Below, in pieces: positions 1 through 10,051 of a DNA stretch of 64,000 nt. The DNA is from an uncultured Veillonellaceae bacterium. GTDB taxonomy: Bacteria > Bacillota > Negativicutes > JARBTT01. Within the stretch, counting starts at the first letter, position 1. Each line of letters starts with the position of its first letter. A model generated the notes under the pieces. That model was not told where the DNA came from. It worked only from the letters and a program-made list of their open reading frames with translations, and did no database searches. Made by a program: the position numbers and the translations under genes. The stretch covers positions 1 to 64,000 of the forward strand of contig CAWDTA010000002.1 in the NCBI GenBank assembly GCA_963805085.1, given 5' to 3'.

Positions 1-97
1 GGAAATTAAAAAAGCGCATGCGTGGGTTTTCCAACCTACACATGCGCTATACTTCATCTTGATTGCATGCAGACGCTAAGCCTCTGCCAAAACTTCA
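1..97 (-). ncRNA. Candidate small RNA (leftward)
   Basis: Extended -10 TGGTATAAT on the minus strand at 103-111. The ~95 nt downstream end in hairpin GCGCATGTGTAGGTTGGAAAACCCACGCATGCGC plus T6. Family not recognised. Confidence 0.45.
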
Positions 98-130
98 ATC
101 GTATTATACCAAGCGAACGGACTATCTCCC

Positions 131-159
131 TTGTAATCAAGGGAAAAGCACGGTATAAT
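131..159 (+). promoter_or_regulatory. SigmaA-like promoter
   Basis: TTGTAA (131-136), 17 nt spacer, TATAAT (154-159). Confidence 0.55.
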
Positions 160-164
160 AAATT

Positions 165-258
165 GTCGTCGTAGACAGCTAGCTGTTACGTGTAGGTGCT
201 CTTTCACCTGCTCGTGCCTGAGAGTGCTCTAACACTTTCGGGACACGGCGACTTTTTT
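165..258 (+). ncRNA. Candidate small RNA (rightward)
   Basis: Follows the 131-159 promoter, has several hairpins and ends CGTGCCTGAGAGTGCTCTAACACTTTCGGGACACGGCGAC plus T6. No convincing ORF. Confidence 0.45.
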
Positions 259-584
259 AATTTCCACCTTATTCCTTAATTATATTACATTTCTTAGCGA
301 TTGCAAGTAAAAGTAAAGTGAAATATGACTTTTTATCGCAAAAATCATGTTTTTTTATTGTATTTTTTAATTTATTTCCATCGTGATATCCGTGAACCTA
401 TTGTTAATTGTCTAAAGAAGTTAGATCCCTTTATTAATATTTTAAACCATTTTTTCAAATTTTTAATTTTAGAGCATGAAAAAAGACAGCCTAACTTATG
501 CTGTCAAAACTGGTGATATTAAGTTGTAATAATTAAGATAATAGCACTTTTGGCTTTTATCCTTAAAATACTGTCCACCTAATG

Positions 585-688
585 TATCCAAACGAAACGA
601 CCTGTATCAGCAGGGCGTTTTTTGTTTATATAGTACATGCTTATTATATTCAAAATATCTAACTGCGTCAACTACTCGTTATATTTTA
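585..688. repeat. ~100 bp non-coding repeat, copy 1 (copy 2 at 17747-17847)
   Basis: Shared CGAAACG..CCTGTATCAGC..GGGCGTTTTT..TTTATATA..ATGCTTATTATATTCAAAATAT..CTACTC..ATATTTTA. Confidence 0.85.
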
Positions 689-710
689 TACCCCGTCCCT
701 GTGTCCCATA

Positions 711-930
711 TATTTTATGCGATATATAATTTTATGTGCCGATTGACTTGAATACTCAAAAATATAGACCATGGAAAAGTATGGCCTATAAGTCAGGATT
801 TTAAATTAGGAGTATCACGGTTACAACTTATGTTGATACTGGGTGTTTGATTTTTACCTTTTTCTTCCCATATGCTAAAACACTTATCTTTAGATTCCTT
901 ATCAGATTCCTTATCCAAATGAGAACTACC
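711..930. repeat. Duplicated segment, copy 1 (copy 2 at 1848-2094)
   Basis: Near-identical TATTTTATGCGATAT..GATTGACTTGAATA..AAAATATAGACCATGGAAAAGTATGGCCTATAA..TCAGGATTTT..GAGAACTACC. Confidence 0.9.
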
Positions 931-1194
931 TGGAAGAATAAGCTGAATTCTATCTACACTAATGGCACATACTTCATCTTTGGGAATTATAATGCCGCTT
1001 TGATTACTAAAAGGGCATGTTAATTGAATCAGTATAAATTTATTAAAGTTACGACGCCTTCTATAATAATGGTGGTGATGCTTTTCTTTTACTTTACTAA
1101 GAAATCTCCCCGTTAAAGTTTGAGAGTTGTCAAAAAATATAGTTATAACAACGCCACAAACAAGGTTAAATCCTTTGTATCTGGGAAACTTCAA
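793..1194 (-). CDS. Hypothetical protein, probably spore-coat associated
   Basis: TTG start behind a GGGGGG RBS; His/Arg-rich tract KHHHHYYRRRR; sigmaK-like CACG-N16-AATATCTTA upstream. Confidence 0.55.
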   Translation of the reverse strand: MKFPRYKGFNLVCGVVITIFFDNSQTLTGRFLSKVKEKHHHHYYRRRRNFNKFILIQLTCPFSNQSGIIIPKDEVCAISVDRIQLILPGSSHLDKESDKESKDKCFSIWEEKGKNQTPSINISCNRDTPNLKS

Positions 1195-1614
1195 AATAGT
1201 TACCCCCCTTAAACCTACTACTTAATATAAGATATTCTTTAAAATCGAGTAACGTGATATACTCCAATATTAAATAACATAAAAATTAAATAGACACTCG
1301 CCGATTAAAGCTAGTGCCCCTTTTGTAAGTTACTATGTTTCTTTGCAAAGGCTGATATAGTCAAAGGTTTACAAGCTATACTATATCCTTGAAGATAAAG
1401 ATTGTAACAATAGTATCTAAACATAGATTCACATTATAAAACTCTTTATCCTCTATTCTTCAAGTGTTATGAATTGAATCTGGTTTTGAGCATCTCGGTC
1501 TTTTTTCTCATATATAAAAACAACTCCCCTCTATGAAAATTATAACATAGATAGGAGTTACTTTATCTTATAAATTTTTCCATTAATTTTCACTCTTAGA
1601 AAGAGACTTTACCA

Positions 1615-1821
1615 TTACTGATCAAGCGATTCCGTAGAAAGCTTCTTCCTAGATTTTGTGCCATCACAGAAAATATTGATAATGCAATTATCGTCATCTT
1701 TCTTATGATTGCTTTCACAATTGTGACCTTTATCGCAACAGAAAATATTGATAATACAGCCATGCTTTTTTTCTGGATAACAGTCATTCCAATCACGAAC
1801 TTCTATGTCTTCGTTTTCCAT
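1615..1821 (-). CDS. Small Cys/Asp-rich protein, spore-coat-like
   Basis: Strong RBS AAGGGAGG; CIINIFC occurs twice; sigmaK-like promoter upstream. Confidence 0.65.
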   Translation of the reverse strand: MENEDIEVRDWNDCYPEKKHGCIINIFCCDKGHNCESNHKKDDDNCIINIFCDGTKSRKKLSTESLDQ

Positions 1822-1847
1822 TAGCGCCCCTCCCTTCTGTTCTTTTG

Positions 1848-1877
1848 TATTTTATGCGATATCTAATTTTCTGTGTC
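1848..1877 (-). promoter_or_regulatory. SigmaK-like promoter (duplicated at 711-740)
   Basis: Minus strand GACACA-N15-CATAAAATA fits the AC...CATAnnnTA consensus. Confidence 0.45.
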
Positions 1878-2094
1878 GATTGACTTGAATATTCAATAAA
1901 TAAAAGTCCACCGATCAGTTATTTCCTTTATACAAAAATATAGACCATGGAAAAGTATGGCCTATAATTCAGGATTTTGAATTAGGGGTATCGCGGTTAC
2001 AATTGATGTTAATAATGGATGTTTGTTTTTTACCTTTTTCTTCCCATATGTTAAAACACTTATTATTGAATTCCTTATGCAAAGGAGAACTACC
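1848..2094. repeat. Duplicated segment, copy 2
   Basis: Matches 711-930 with a ~45 nt insertion; encodes a paralogous C-terminus KCFNIWEEKGK..INCNRDTPNSKS. Confidence 0.9.
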
Positions 2095-2164
2095 CTTAGA
2101 AAAAGACAATTTTTCTTTGGCGGCTTTTCGGACTTCTGGGGAGAAGGCGAAGGCGCCGACTATG
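2095..2164 (-). pseudogene. rlmH: Internal rlmH fragment (diverged copy of ~21609-21678)
   Basis: Translates IVGAFAFSPEVRKAAKEKLSFSK versus IGGAFGLSPEVRKAAKEKLSFSK in the intact gene. Confidence 0.9.
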
Positions 2165-2245
2165 GGTGGAATCAGGGACACGGTGACAGGTTGCAGTGCT
2201 TCAAAAATTTGAGGCATTGTCCCTATTGACACTGTCGACATAGCA

Positions 2246-2274
2246 TTGACAGCTTGCCCAAGAACTGATAGAAT
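2246..2274 (+). promoter_or_regulatory. SigmaA promoter of xpt-pbuX
   Basis: TTGACA-N17-TAGAAT just upstream of the riboswitch. Confidence 0.75.
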
Positions 2275-2290
2275 ACTTTTTATGTTTTAA

Positions 2291-2366
2291 TTTTCTCGTA
2301 TAATTTTGGGAATAAGGCTCAAAAGTCTCTACCGGCAACCGTAAATTGCCTGTCTACGAGTGAAAA
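2291..2366 (+). promoter_or_regulatory. Purine (guanine-type) riboswitch aptamer
   Basis: CTCGTATAAT..GG..AGTCTCTACC..CCGTAAA..CTACGAG pattern upstream of xpt. Confidence 0.93.
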
Positions 2367-2389
2367 TACCTAGGGGATAATGATTGTAA

Positions 2390-3094
<705 letters not shown>

Positions 3095-3108
3095 TTTAAG
3101 GAGAAATC

Positions 3109-4395
3109 ATGAAAATTTTTCAAAGAAAAATTATGTTGCTTGGGGCACAACATGTATTAGCCATGTATGCCGGCGCTATCATTGTACCGCTCATTGTCGG
3201 CGGTGCGCTTAAACTAACGCCTGCCCAGCTTGGCTATATCATTGCCGCCGATTTATTAACCTGCGGACTTGCCACTATTTTACAGGCGTACCGCACCCCC
3301 TTCTGCGGCATCGGCCTGCCTGTAGTGCTAGGCTGTACCTTCACTGCCGTCTTTCCGATGATCATCATCGGCGGACAATATGGTCTGCCTGCCGTCTATG
3401 GCGCAATTATCTCTTCTGGCTTATTTGTCGTACTGATTGCAAATTATTTTTCGAAGCTAATAAAATTCTTTCCACCAGTCGTAACAGGCTCGGTGGTCAC
3501 CATCATTGGCATTACCTTGGTACCTGTCGCCATCAACAATATGGCAGGCGGTCAGGGCAGCCCCGATTTTGGCTCGCTATCCAATTTGAGTCTAGGTCTC
3601 GGGGTCTTACTTTTCATTATCTTGTTAAACCGGTTTACCACAGGTTTTATTCGTTCTATTTCAGTACTTACCGGGCTTATCGCCGGCACAACCGTCGCTA
3701 CACTGATGGGACTCGTCTCATTAGACAATGTAGCACAAGCTTCCTGGTTCAATATGCCTTCTCCCTTATACTTTGGCACACCAGTCTTTGAGCCCAGTGC
3801 CATCCTTACCATGATCATTGTCGCCATTGTCAGCATGATCGAATCCACAGGTGTCTTTATGGTATTAGGTGAAATCTGTGGTAAAAATTTAACCGAAAAA
3901 GACTTAACCAAAGGTTATAGAGCCGAAGGCTTGGCTGTTATTCTCGGTGGCGTGTTTAATTCCTTCCCTTATACCACTTTTTCGCAAAATATTGGTCTGG
4001 TACTACTCTCCAAATCTAAAACAACAAATGTCACCATAACGGCTGGCTGCATGCTCATCCTGCTAGGTCTTATCCCTAAATTTGCCGCATTGGCCATGAT
4101 CATTCCCACCGCCGTACTAGGCGGAGCCATGATTGCCATGTTTGGTATTGTTGTAGCATCCGGCATCAAAATGCTCAGCAAAGTAGACTTGTCCATCAAT
4201 GAAAACCTATTGATCATTGCCTGTTCTGTGGCTTTAGGTCTAGGCGTAAGCGTGGTGCCTAACCTATTTGCAAAGTTCCCGCCTTTACTTAAAATTTTCT
4301 TAGAGAACGGCATTGTAACAGGTACGTTGACTGCTGTTATCTTGAATATTATTTTAAACATGACAGGCAAAGCAAAAGTTGATACCGAGAAATAA
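3109..4395 (+). CDS. pbuX: Xanthine permease (NCS2)
   Basis: QHVLAMYAGA and TTFSQNIG signature; follows xpt. Confidence 0.93.
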   Translation: MKIFQRKIMLLGAQHVLAMYAGAIIVPLIVGGALKLTPAQLGYIIAADLLTCGLATILQAYRTPFCGIGLPVVLGCTFTAVFPMIIIGGQYGLPAVYGAIISSGLFVVLIANYFSKLIKFFPPVVTGSVVTIIGITLVPVAINNMAGGQGSPDFGSLSNLSLGLGVLLFIILLNRFTTGFIRSISVLTGLIAGTTVATLMGLVSLDNVAQASWFNMPSPLYFGTPVFEPSAILTMIIVAIVSMIESTGVFMVLGEICGKNLTEKDLTKGYRAEGLAVILGGVFNSFPYTTFSQNIGLVLLSKSKTTNVTITAGCMLILLGLIPKFAALAMIIPTAVLGGAMIAMFGIVVASGIKMLSKVDLSINENLLIIACSVALGLGVSVVPNLFAKFPPLLKIFLENGIVTGTLTAVILNIILNMTGKAKVDTEK

Positions 4396-4818
4396 GCTTC
4401 AGATAAAACAGATAGAGTGATAATTCTTTAATACGAAAAAAGTGTGAACACTAAATAACAAAATATTGTGTTTCATTCATTCCTATAAATCCATTATTTG
4501 TAAATCAATCATTTAATATATATTGACTATATATGTCTACATTACCGTTAAGATCATCCTTTGTTCTCTTGATTTTAACCAAGCAAACTCCATTCATAAT
4601 TACTAATGAGAGTACAATTAATAAACAAATAATTTTTTTCATAGAATTGCTCTTTATCTAGTAAATTCGCTATGCTAATTTACTACTTATTCAAGAATCT
4701 CCAAAACCCTATAAAGTAATATTTTTCCGGCATAGCAAAAGGCTTCTTATGCTTGATTGTGTTTGCCTTGTATATCGGTCCTCACTTACATTCTTACTAA
4801 CCTAAAAAATAAACGTAT

Positions 4819-4866
4819 AAGATTAAAAGTCCTCAGTCGAATAAACGACTGAGGACTTTTAATCTT
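4819..4866. terminator. Long perfect hairpin, likely bidirectional terminator
   Basis: AAGATTAAAAGTCCTCAGTCG / CGACTGAGGACTTTTAATCTT. Confidence 0.75.
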
Positions 4867-4981
4867 GCATTACTATTTAATTTAGGGAAAACAATAGGTT
4901 CAACTTATCCTAACGAGATTATCTAGAACCATTTCCAAACGTCCCAACTTTTCCAGTGACTGCCTATCCTTCCCCTTGTTT

Positions 4982-5338
4982 TCATAGTAATTGGTTAGTT
5001 AACTGCACCAAAAGCTCCATGACAATTTTAATTTCCTCTTTCGTTATGTTATCAACATGTATACCGCCTGTTACAACTACGTTTTTCTGTAGTTTTGCCG
5101 ACAACATATGCGACACAAACCGTGCCGCTTCCTCATCTTTATGCCCCGCCATATTCAATACCGAGGTGGTAGCGCTGCCAGCATTAGGCTGAGCTAAACT
5201 TGCCCTGGGAATACTAAGCGTTACGCAGCCAATATGCGGCCTGTCACCGCCTGATAAAATCACACATACATCTTCACCTATGGCAAACGCCTTCATATCT
5301 ATTTTCAACCTGCCGCGTTCCGCTGTTACCCGCTGCAT
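4982..5338 (-). CDS. lpdD: LpdD-like prenylated-flavin chaperone
   Basis: GGDRPHIG, GHKD and VVVTGGIH motifs; directly downstream of ubiX. Confidence 0.7.
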   Translation of the reverse strand: MQRVTAERGRLKIDMKAFAIGEDVCVILSGGDRPHIGCVTLSIPRASLAQPNAGSATTSVLNMAGHKDEEAARFVSHMLSAKLQKNVVVTGGIHVDNITKEEIKIVMELLVQLTNQLL

Positions 5339-5358
5339 GATAGCCCCACCTTCCTATC

Positions 5359-5940
5359 CTATGAAATATTTTCGCCCCAGCGAGTAAACCCACTGCCTTC
5401 AATCCCGAATTTATCAAGTATCTTGCCAATAATATGACGATTCATATCCTCAAGGCCAAGCGGTTTATTATAATAGGTAATCATGGGTGGAATAATTATA
5501 GCTCCTGCCTCAGCCAAAACGAGCATATTTTTTAAATGAATCGTACTAAGCGGGCTCTCCCGTGGCACGACCACTAAATTTCTTTTTTCCTTTATTGTAA
5601 CATCGGCGGCTCTAAGCAACAAATTATCCGAATATCCACAGGCGACGCCAGCGGCTGTCTTCATGCTGCAGGGCACAATAATCATGCCCGCTGTTTTAAA
5701 GGTGCCGCTGGCAATACTGGCGCCAATATTTTTTATATCATAGGTGTAATCGGCCAGACTTAGTACTTCCTCTACTGAATACTCGGTTTCTGCGGCAATG
5801 GTTAATTCAGCGCCCCGCGAAACAATAAGATGCGTCTCATAGTCCGGGAGCCCTTGCAGCATTTTCAATAATTCGATTCCTAATATTCCCCCACTAGCGC
5901 CGCTTATTCCAACAACCAATCTTTTTTTGCTAACTGACAA
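5359..5940 (-). CDS. ubiX: Flavin prenyltransferase UbiX/BsdB
   Basis: VVGISGASG, IASGT, PCSMKT, RAADVTIKE, PRESP. Confidence 0.95.
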   Translation of the reverse strand: MSVSKKRLVVGISGASGGILGIELLKMLQGLPDYETHLIVSRGAELTIAAETEYSVEEVLSLADYTYDIKNIGASIASGTFKTAGMIIVPCSMKTAAGVACGYSDNLLLRAADVTIKEKRNLVVVPRESPLSTIHLKNMLVLAEAGAIIIPPMITYYNKPLGLEDMNRHIIGKILDKFGIEGSGFTRWGENIS

Positions 5941-6094
5941 CGTCTTTCCCCCTCAATCGCCCCTTGGGGTCTTAAAAATATAAATAGCCTTTCAGTTAAA
6001 TAGGAAGAACTTCACTATTTACTCTGCCCAAAATGATATGCTTTCATATAGGACTAAAAAAGACTCAACGAAAATGCTGCCCACTGTCGGAATG

Positions 6095-6301
6095 CTATTT
6101 TTTTAATGGCGGTATGGGAGGAAGTATGCCCATATTAGCAATTTTCTCATCATTGAGCTTAAATATTTCACTAATCTGGATATTTTCCGTTGAGCGCCAT
6201 GAATAACAGCAATGGTCGCAGACGTAAATTTCCCAAGCATCACCTACTGGTGATTTTGTCATAGTACGCACTTTTTCACTATCACAACGAGGACATTTCA
6301 T
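6095..6301 (-). CDS. bsdD: Non-oxidative hydroxyarylic acid decarboxylase subunit D
   Basis: MKCPRC..SPVGDAWE.Y.C..C.YSWRSTE..PPIPPL. Confidence 0.9.
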   Translation of the reverse strand: MKCPRCDSEKVRTMTKSPVGDAWEIYVCDHCCYSWRSTENIQISEIFKLNDEKIANMGILPPIPPLKK

Positions 6302-6315
6302 AAATTCTTTCCCTC

Positions 6316-7758
6316 CTATTTCTTTTGTGCCGCCAATTGCAGCTGGCGAAGAATTTCTTCCCATTTGGGCGTGGCCGACGAAGGTACAAGCATCTCACAA
6401 GATCGCGGATTGGGTTCGGGTGCGACCGGGGTTGTCGCATCAATAATCAGCTTGTCATGCATACCGGCCGGATTGGAAGAAGGATCAAGCACCATTCCCG
6501 AACAGTTCGGTATGACTACAACATCCTTGCTAGGTTTAACCCTTGTTGTGAGCGCCCACATCACCTGTTCGAGATTAAACGGATCGACGTATTCATCAAC
6601 AATGATAACAATTTTGGAATACGGCATCCCGTGCGGCGTAGAGAGCAGTCTAAAAGCAACCCCTTTGCCGTACCCGCCATAACGAACTTTGGTGGAAATA
6701 ATTACACCGATACCATGCGTATACATGGCATTGACCGCTACCACCTCAGGCATGGTCGCCTTAATCTGCTTATATAATGGTATACTTGTATTAAGCCCCA
6801 CCAGATAATCAGTTTCTGTCCAAGGCATTCCTATGTAAAGATTTTCAAAAATAGGATTTGTCCGGTGCGTAATTCGAGTGATTTGAATTTCACATTGTTT
6901 GCGGCAACCAGAATATGAGCCGGGAAATTCACCGAAAGGGCCTTCCACAAAGCGCTTTCTGGGAACGATATACCCTTCTATGATCACTTCCGCATGCGCC
7001 GGCACATAGAGATGATTACAAGTATCGGCTTTTACTATTTCGCAAGGCACGCCATCTTGCAGCGCACCGACAAACTCATATTCATTTTGATCATAGGCAA
7101 CTGGCGTCGACGCCATAAACGTGACAAGCGGATTTACCCCCAGCGCAATAGCTACCGGTAGCGGCTCGTCCTTTTCTTCCGCTTTGGCTAACTGAATCGC
7201 AATATCATGCACAGGCATGGGCTGGATTGCCAATCTGTCCACATCTTTCACCTGCATCCGGTATATCCCGACATTCATCTTATTCAGATCCTCCGGAAAC
7301 TCTGGATCGCCGGAAATGACCGACGCTTTCGACAGAAAAAATCCACCATCTTGTTCATTAATCCGATACAAGGGCAGAATATCGAACAAATTAATATTTT
7401 CGCTTATGACATTTTCCTTGCATAAAGCCTCTTCCCGCGCTACAATTTTTGGAGGCACAGGAAATTTATCCCACCGGCGATCGAGTTCAAAAAACTGTTC
7501 CTTGATCGGTGTATCCTTTGGCAGCCCCAACATGAGCGCGTGATTGCGCCAAGAGCCATGCACATTGGTTACCAACGAATAGTTATAGCCATTTACTTTT
7601 TCGAATAAAATAGCCGGACTATTTTCTATATTTGCTGCGGCGCGACCGGCAGCGCCAATATCCGGTTCAGGCATAACTTCCTCTTTTACCCGCACCAATT
7701 GCCCTTCTTCTTCTAATGTTGCTAAAAATTCTCGTAAATCTCTGTATACTTTAGTCAT
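6316..7758 (-). CDS. bsdC: UbiD-family hydroxyarylic acid decarboxylase subunit C
   Basis: YRDLREFL, NVHGSWRNHALMLG, EGPFGEFPGSYSG, TPHGMPY; start moved to MTKVY. Confidence 0.93.
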   Translation of the reverse strand: MTKVYRDLREFLATLEEEGQLVRVKEEVMPEPDIGAAGRAAANIENSPAILFEKVNGYNYSLVTNVHGSWRNHALMLGLPKDTPIKEQFFELDRRWDKFPVPPKIVAREEALCKENVISENINLFDILPLYRINEQDGGFFLSKASVISGDPEFPEDLNKMNVGIYRMQVKDVDRLAIQPMPVHDIAIQLAKAEEKDEPLPVAIALGVNPLVTFMASTPVAYDQNEYEFVGALQDGVPCEIVKADTCNHLYVPAHAEVIIEGYIVPRKRFVEGPFGEFPGSYSGCRKQCEIQITRITHRTNPIFENLYIGMPWTETDYLVGLNTSIPLYKQIKATMPEVVAVNAMYTHGIGVIISTKVRYGGYGKGVAFRLLSTPHGMPYSKIVIIVDEYVDPFNLEQVMWALTTRVKPSKDVVVIPNCSGMVLDPSSNPAGMHDKLIIDATTPVAPEPNPRSCEMLVPSSATPKWEEILRQLQLAAQKK

Positions 7759-7918
7759 ATGCTGCCTCCTTCTTGTGCCACTTTTTCGTCTATTCACTAT
7801 AGTAAATAGAATTACCCAGCAAAGCAATTCAAAATTGGCATTGTATCTTTCCAAAAATGAATGCTTACAACAAAGAATGTATGTGATCAATAAAAATTCT
7901 TTACCTAAAGGAGTGCTT

Positions 7919-8824
7919 ATGAATTTCTCACAGCTCGCATATTTTGTTGATATCGTCCGTTTAGGCACCTTTTCCGAGGCCGCCAGCGATAATCACATTT
8001 CGCAATCTTCTCTTTCCAAACAAATAAAGGCCCTGGAAAATGAATTGGACGCTCTCCTTTTTACTAGAGAGCATTCGCGCGTCACACTAACCAATCAGGG
8101 AAAAATTTTATTACCCTTTGCTCAGCAAACCTTGCAGTCGCACCGTGAAGTGGTAACTGCCCTACAAGCCTGTAATCCCGCCCGTGACCGCCATATCGCC
8201 TTAGGCCTCATTCCCATTGAATCTACTTATCGCATTTCCGCACTTATTGCTGAATTTCAAGCCGCCATCAGCGAAGTGACCAACATCGATATCTACGAAG
8301 AATCACAGCAGGACATCCTGGAACTATTGGATAATGATGTACTGGATTTAGCCTTCGTCCGTACTGAATTGTTTACAAGCACTGCGCCATACGAGATTTT
8401 GCTCTATCGCAAAGAGCGCATGGCTTGTATTTGTCCGCAGAGTCACCCTTTTGCCCAATGCTCCTCTATAGCACTGAAAGATCTCGCACAAGAGAACATC
8501 ATCTTACTTGACCGCAAATCCAGCTTACATCACCTTGGTGTGAACGAGCTGACCAAACAGGAGATTATGTACCACATTTCCTGTACGGTTGGCAGCCATA
8601 GCATTATTCTTGAGATGATCTCGCGAGGGCTTGGCGTATCACTTTTGCCACAAAGCGTATTGCAGCAAGAAAATAATGTCCTGACAGCCATTCCGTTACT
8701 TGAGGATATTTACAGTGAAATATCCATCGTCAGAAAGAAAAATCGCCCTATGTCACCCATGAAAAAACACTTTTGGACATTTATCACAAATCAATGCGAC
8801 CAAAACAAGAGACCAGCTAACTAA
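7919..8824 (+). CDS. LysR-family regulator
   Basis: FSEAA..HISQSSLSKQIKALENEL HTH; divergent from bsdC. Confidence 0.93.
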   Translation: MNFSQLAYFVDIVRLGTFSEAASDNHISQSSLSKQIKALENELDALLFTREHSRVTLTNQGKILLPFAQQTLQSHREVVTALQACNPARDRHIALGLIPIESTYRISALIAEFQAAISEVTNIDIYEESQQDILELLDNDVLDLAFVRTELFTSTAPYEILLYRKERMACICPQSHPFAQCSSIALKDLAQENIILLDRKSSLHHLGVNELTKQEIMYHISCTVGSHSIILEMISRGLGVSLLPQSVLQQENNVLTAIPLLEDIYSEISIVRKKNRPMSPMKKHFWTFITNQCDQNKRPAN

Positions 8825-9230
8825 GGCCCCTTCGTCTCGTTTTATCTAATACTTTTCACAGAGATTTGCAAATTGGAGGATAAATTAAGTTTTTATCGAT
8901 ATCGCTGTTATTGCAGAGACTTCCAGTCAAGCCTGATAAGCGCGTCTTTGATATCGATCAGGCAATAATTTTGAGTTTCCTATCTACTCCCTTTCTATAT
9001 AGTATCTTACCTAAAAGTGCATACTTTCTTTTTAAATAAAATAGTATATAATTTGAAGAAAGCAGTCTAGCTGAAAAAAAGATATGGAGATATCGTTTAT
9101 ATATTAGCTATAAACGCAAGTCCATGAAAAAATCTTGATAATAACTTCACAACAACATGGCATTGCCTTTTGGCTTGGTGGGATGGTCATCATACTAAAG
9201 CCACATTTTAAAGAGAAAGGAATTTTTAAA

Positions 9231-9998
9231 GTGAGTATAATAATTTATTATTTTACTGGAACAGGTAATTCTTTAAAGATAGCTAAAGATTTGGCAGGCA
9301 ACTTAAAAGACACTAAGATACTACAAATTTGTAAGAGAACAGTTGAAGCCTTTGAAGATACAAGATCAGATAAAATCGGCTTTGTTTTTCCTGTATATTT
9401 TCGGGGACTACCTCATTTGGTAAGACGATTTATAGAAAATATGCCTATTAACAGAGATACTTATTATTTTGCCGTTGCTAATTACGGGGGATATCCTGCT
9501 ATTTCATTTAAACAAATAAGTGATATACTTGGCTACAAAGGAGGGAGGTTATCAGCGGCATTTGGTATACCAATGCCAGGAAACATGTGGTTTATGTATT
9601 ATCCGCATCCAAAGCAAGATTTTATTGACAGAATTAATGATCAGCCAAAGGAAACTTATAAAATTGCCACAGCAATTCTCAACAGAACAGAAGTTGAAAT
9701 CGAGGATATTATTAATTATAGCGCCGAAGAGGCTATTTATAATTCGTTCAAACCAAATGATATGGATAAATATTTTTGGACAGAAAAAAGCTGTAATGGC
9801 TGTGGAATTTGCGCAAAAAGTTGCCCGACAGATAATATAAAAATTGTTAAGTGTAAACCAGTATGGCAACATAAGTGTGAGTATTGCTTAGCTTGCATAC
9901 ATTGGTGTCCGCAACACGCAATTGAATATAAAAGAGACTCCGTTAACAAAGAGCGTTATCATCACCCTGATATAAAAATACATGAGCTATCTCGATAG
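9231..9998 (+). CDS. EFR1-type flavodoxin-like/4Fe-4S ferredoxin protein
   Basis: YYFTGTGNS and GFVFPVY, plus two CxxCxxCxxxCP motifs and RYHHP. Confidence 0.88.
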   Translation: MSIIIYYFTGTGNSLKIAKDLAGNLKDTKILQICKRTVEAFEDTRSDKIGFVFPVYFRGLPHLVRRFIENMPINRDTYYFAVANYGGYPAISFKQISDILGYKGGRLSAAFGIPMPGNMWFMYYPHPKQDFIDRINDQPKETYKIATAILNRTEVEIEDIINYSAEEAIYNSFKPNDMDKYFWTEKSCNGCGICAKSCPTDNIKIVKCKPVWQHKCEYCLACIHWCPQHAIEYKRDSVNKERYHHPDIKIHELSR

Positions 9999-10006
9999 AT
10001 AAGAAC

Positions 10007-10051
10007 AAAAAGACCTCAATCCCTGATTTTTTTAAGGGTTGAGGTCTTTTT
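10007..10051 (+). terminator. Intrinsic terminator
   Basis: AAAAAGACCTCAATCC...GGGTTGAGGTCTTTTT. Confidence 0.7.

Noticed and set aside
325-516. 63 aa ORF
   Set aside because: AT-rich, no RBS or recognisable motif.
1520-1625. Possible third rlmH 3' scar (AACTCC..GGAGTT hairpin, ACTTTACCATTA)
   Set aside because: Match too short and weak to distinguish from chance.
1596-1796. 66 aa ORF overlapping 1615-1821
   Set aside because: Alternative frame; the other ORF has the strong RBS.
4505-4642. 45 aa signal-peptide-like ORF MKKIICLLIVLSL.. (minus)
   Set aside because: Poor RBS and no family; at most a remnant.
7759-7968. Overlapping N-terminal extensions of bsdC and lysR in the ORF track
   Set aside because: RBS-supported starts at 7758 and 7919 remove the overlap.
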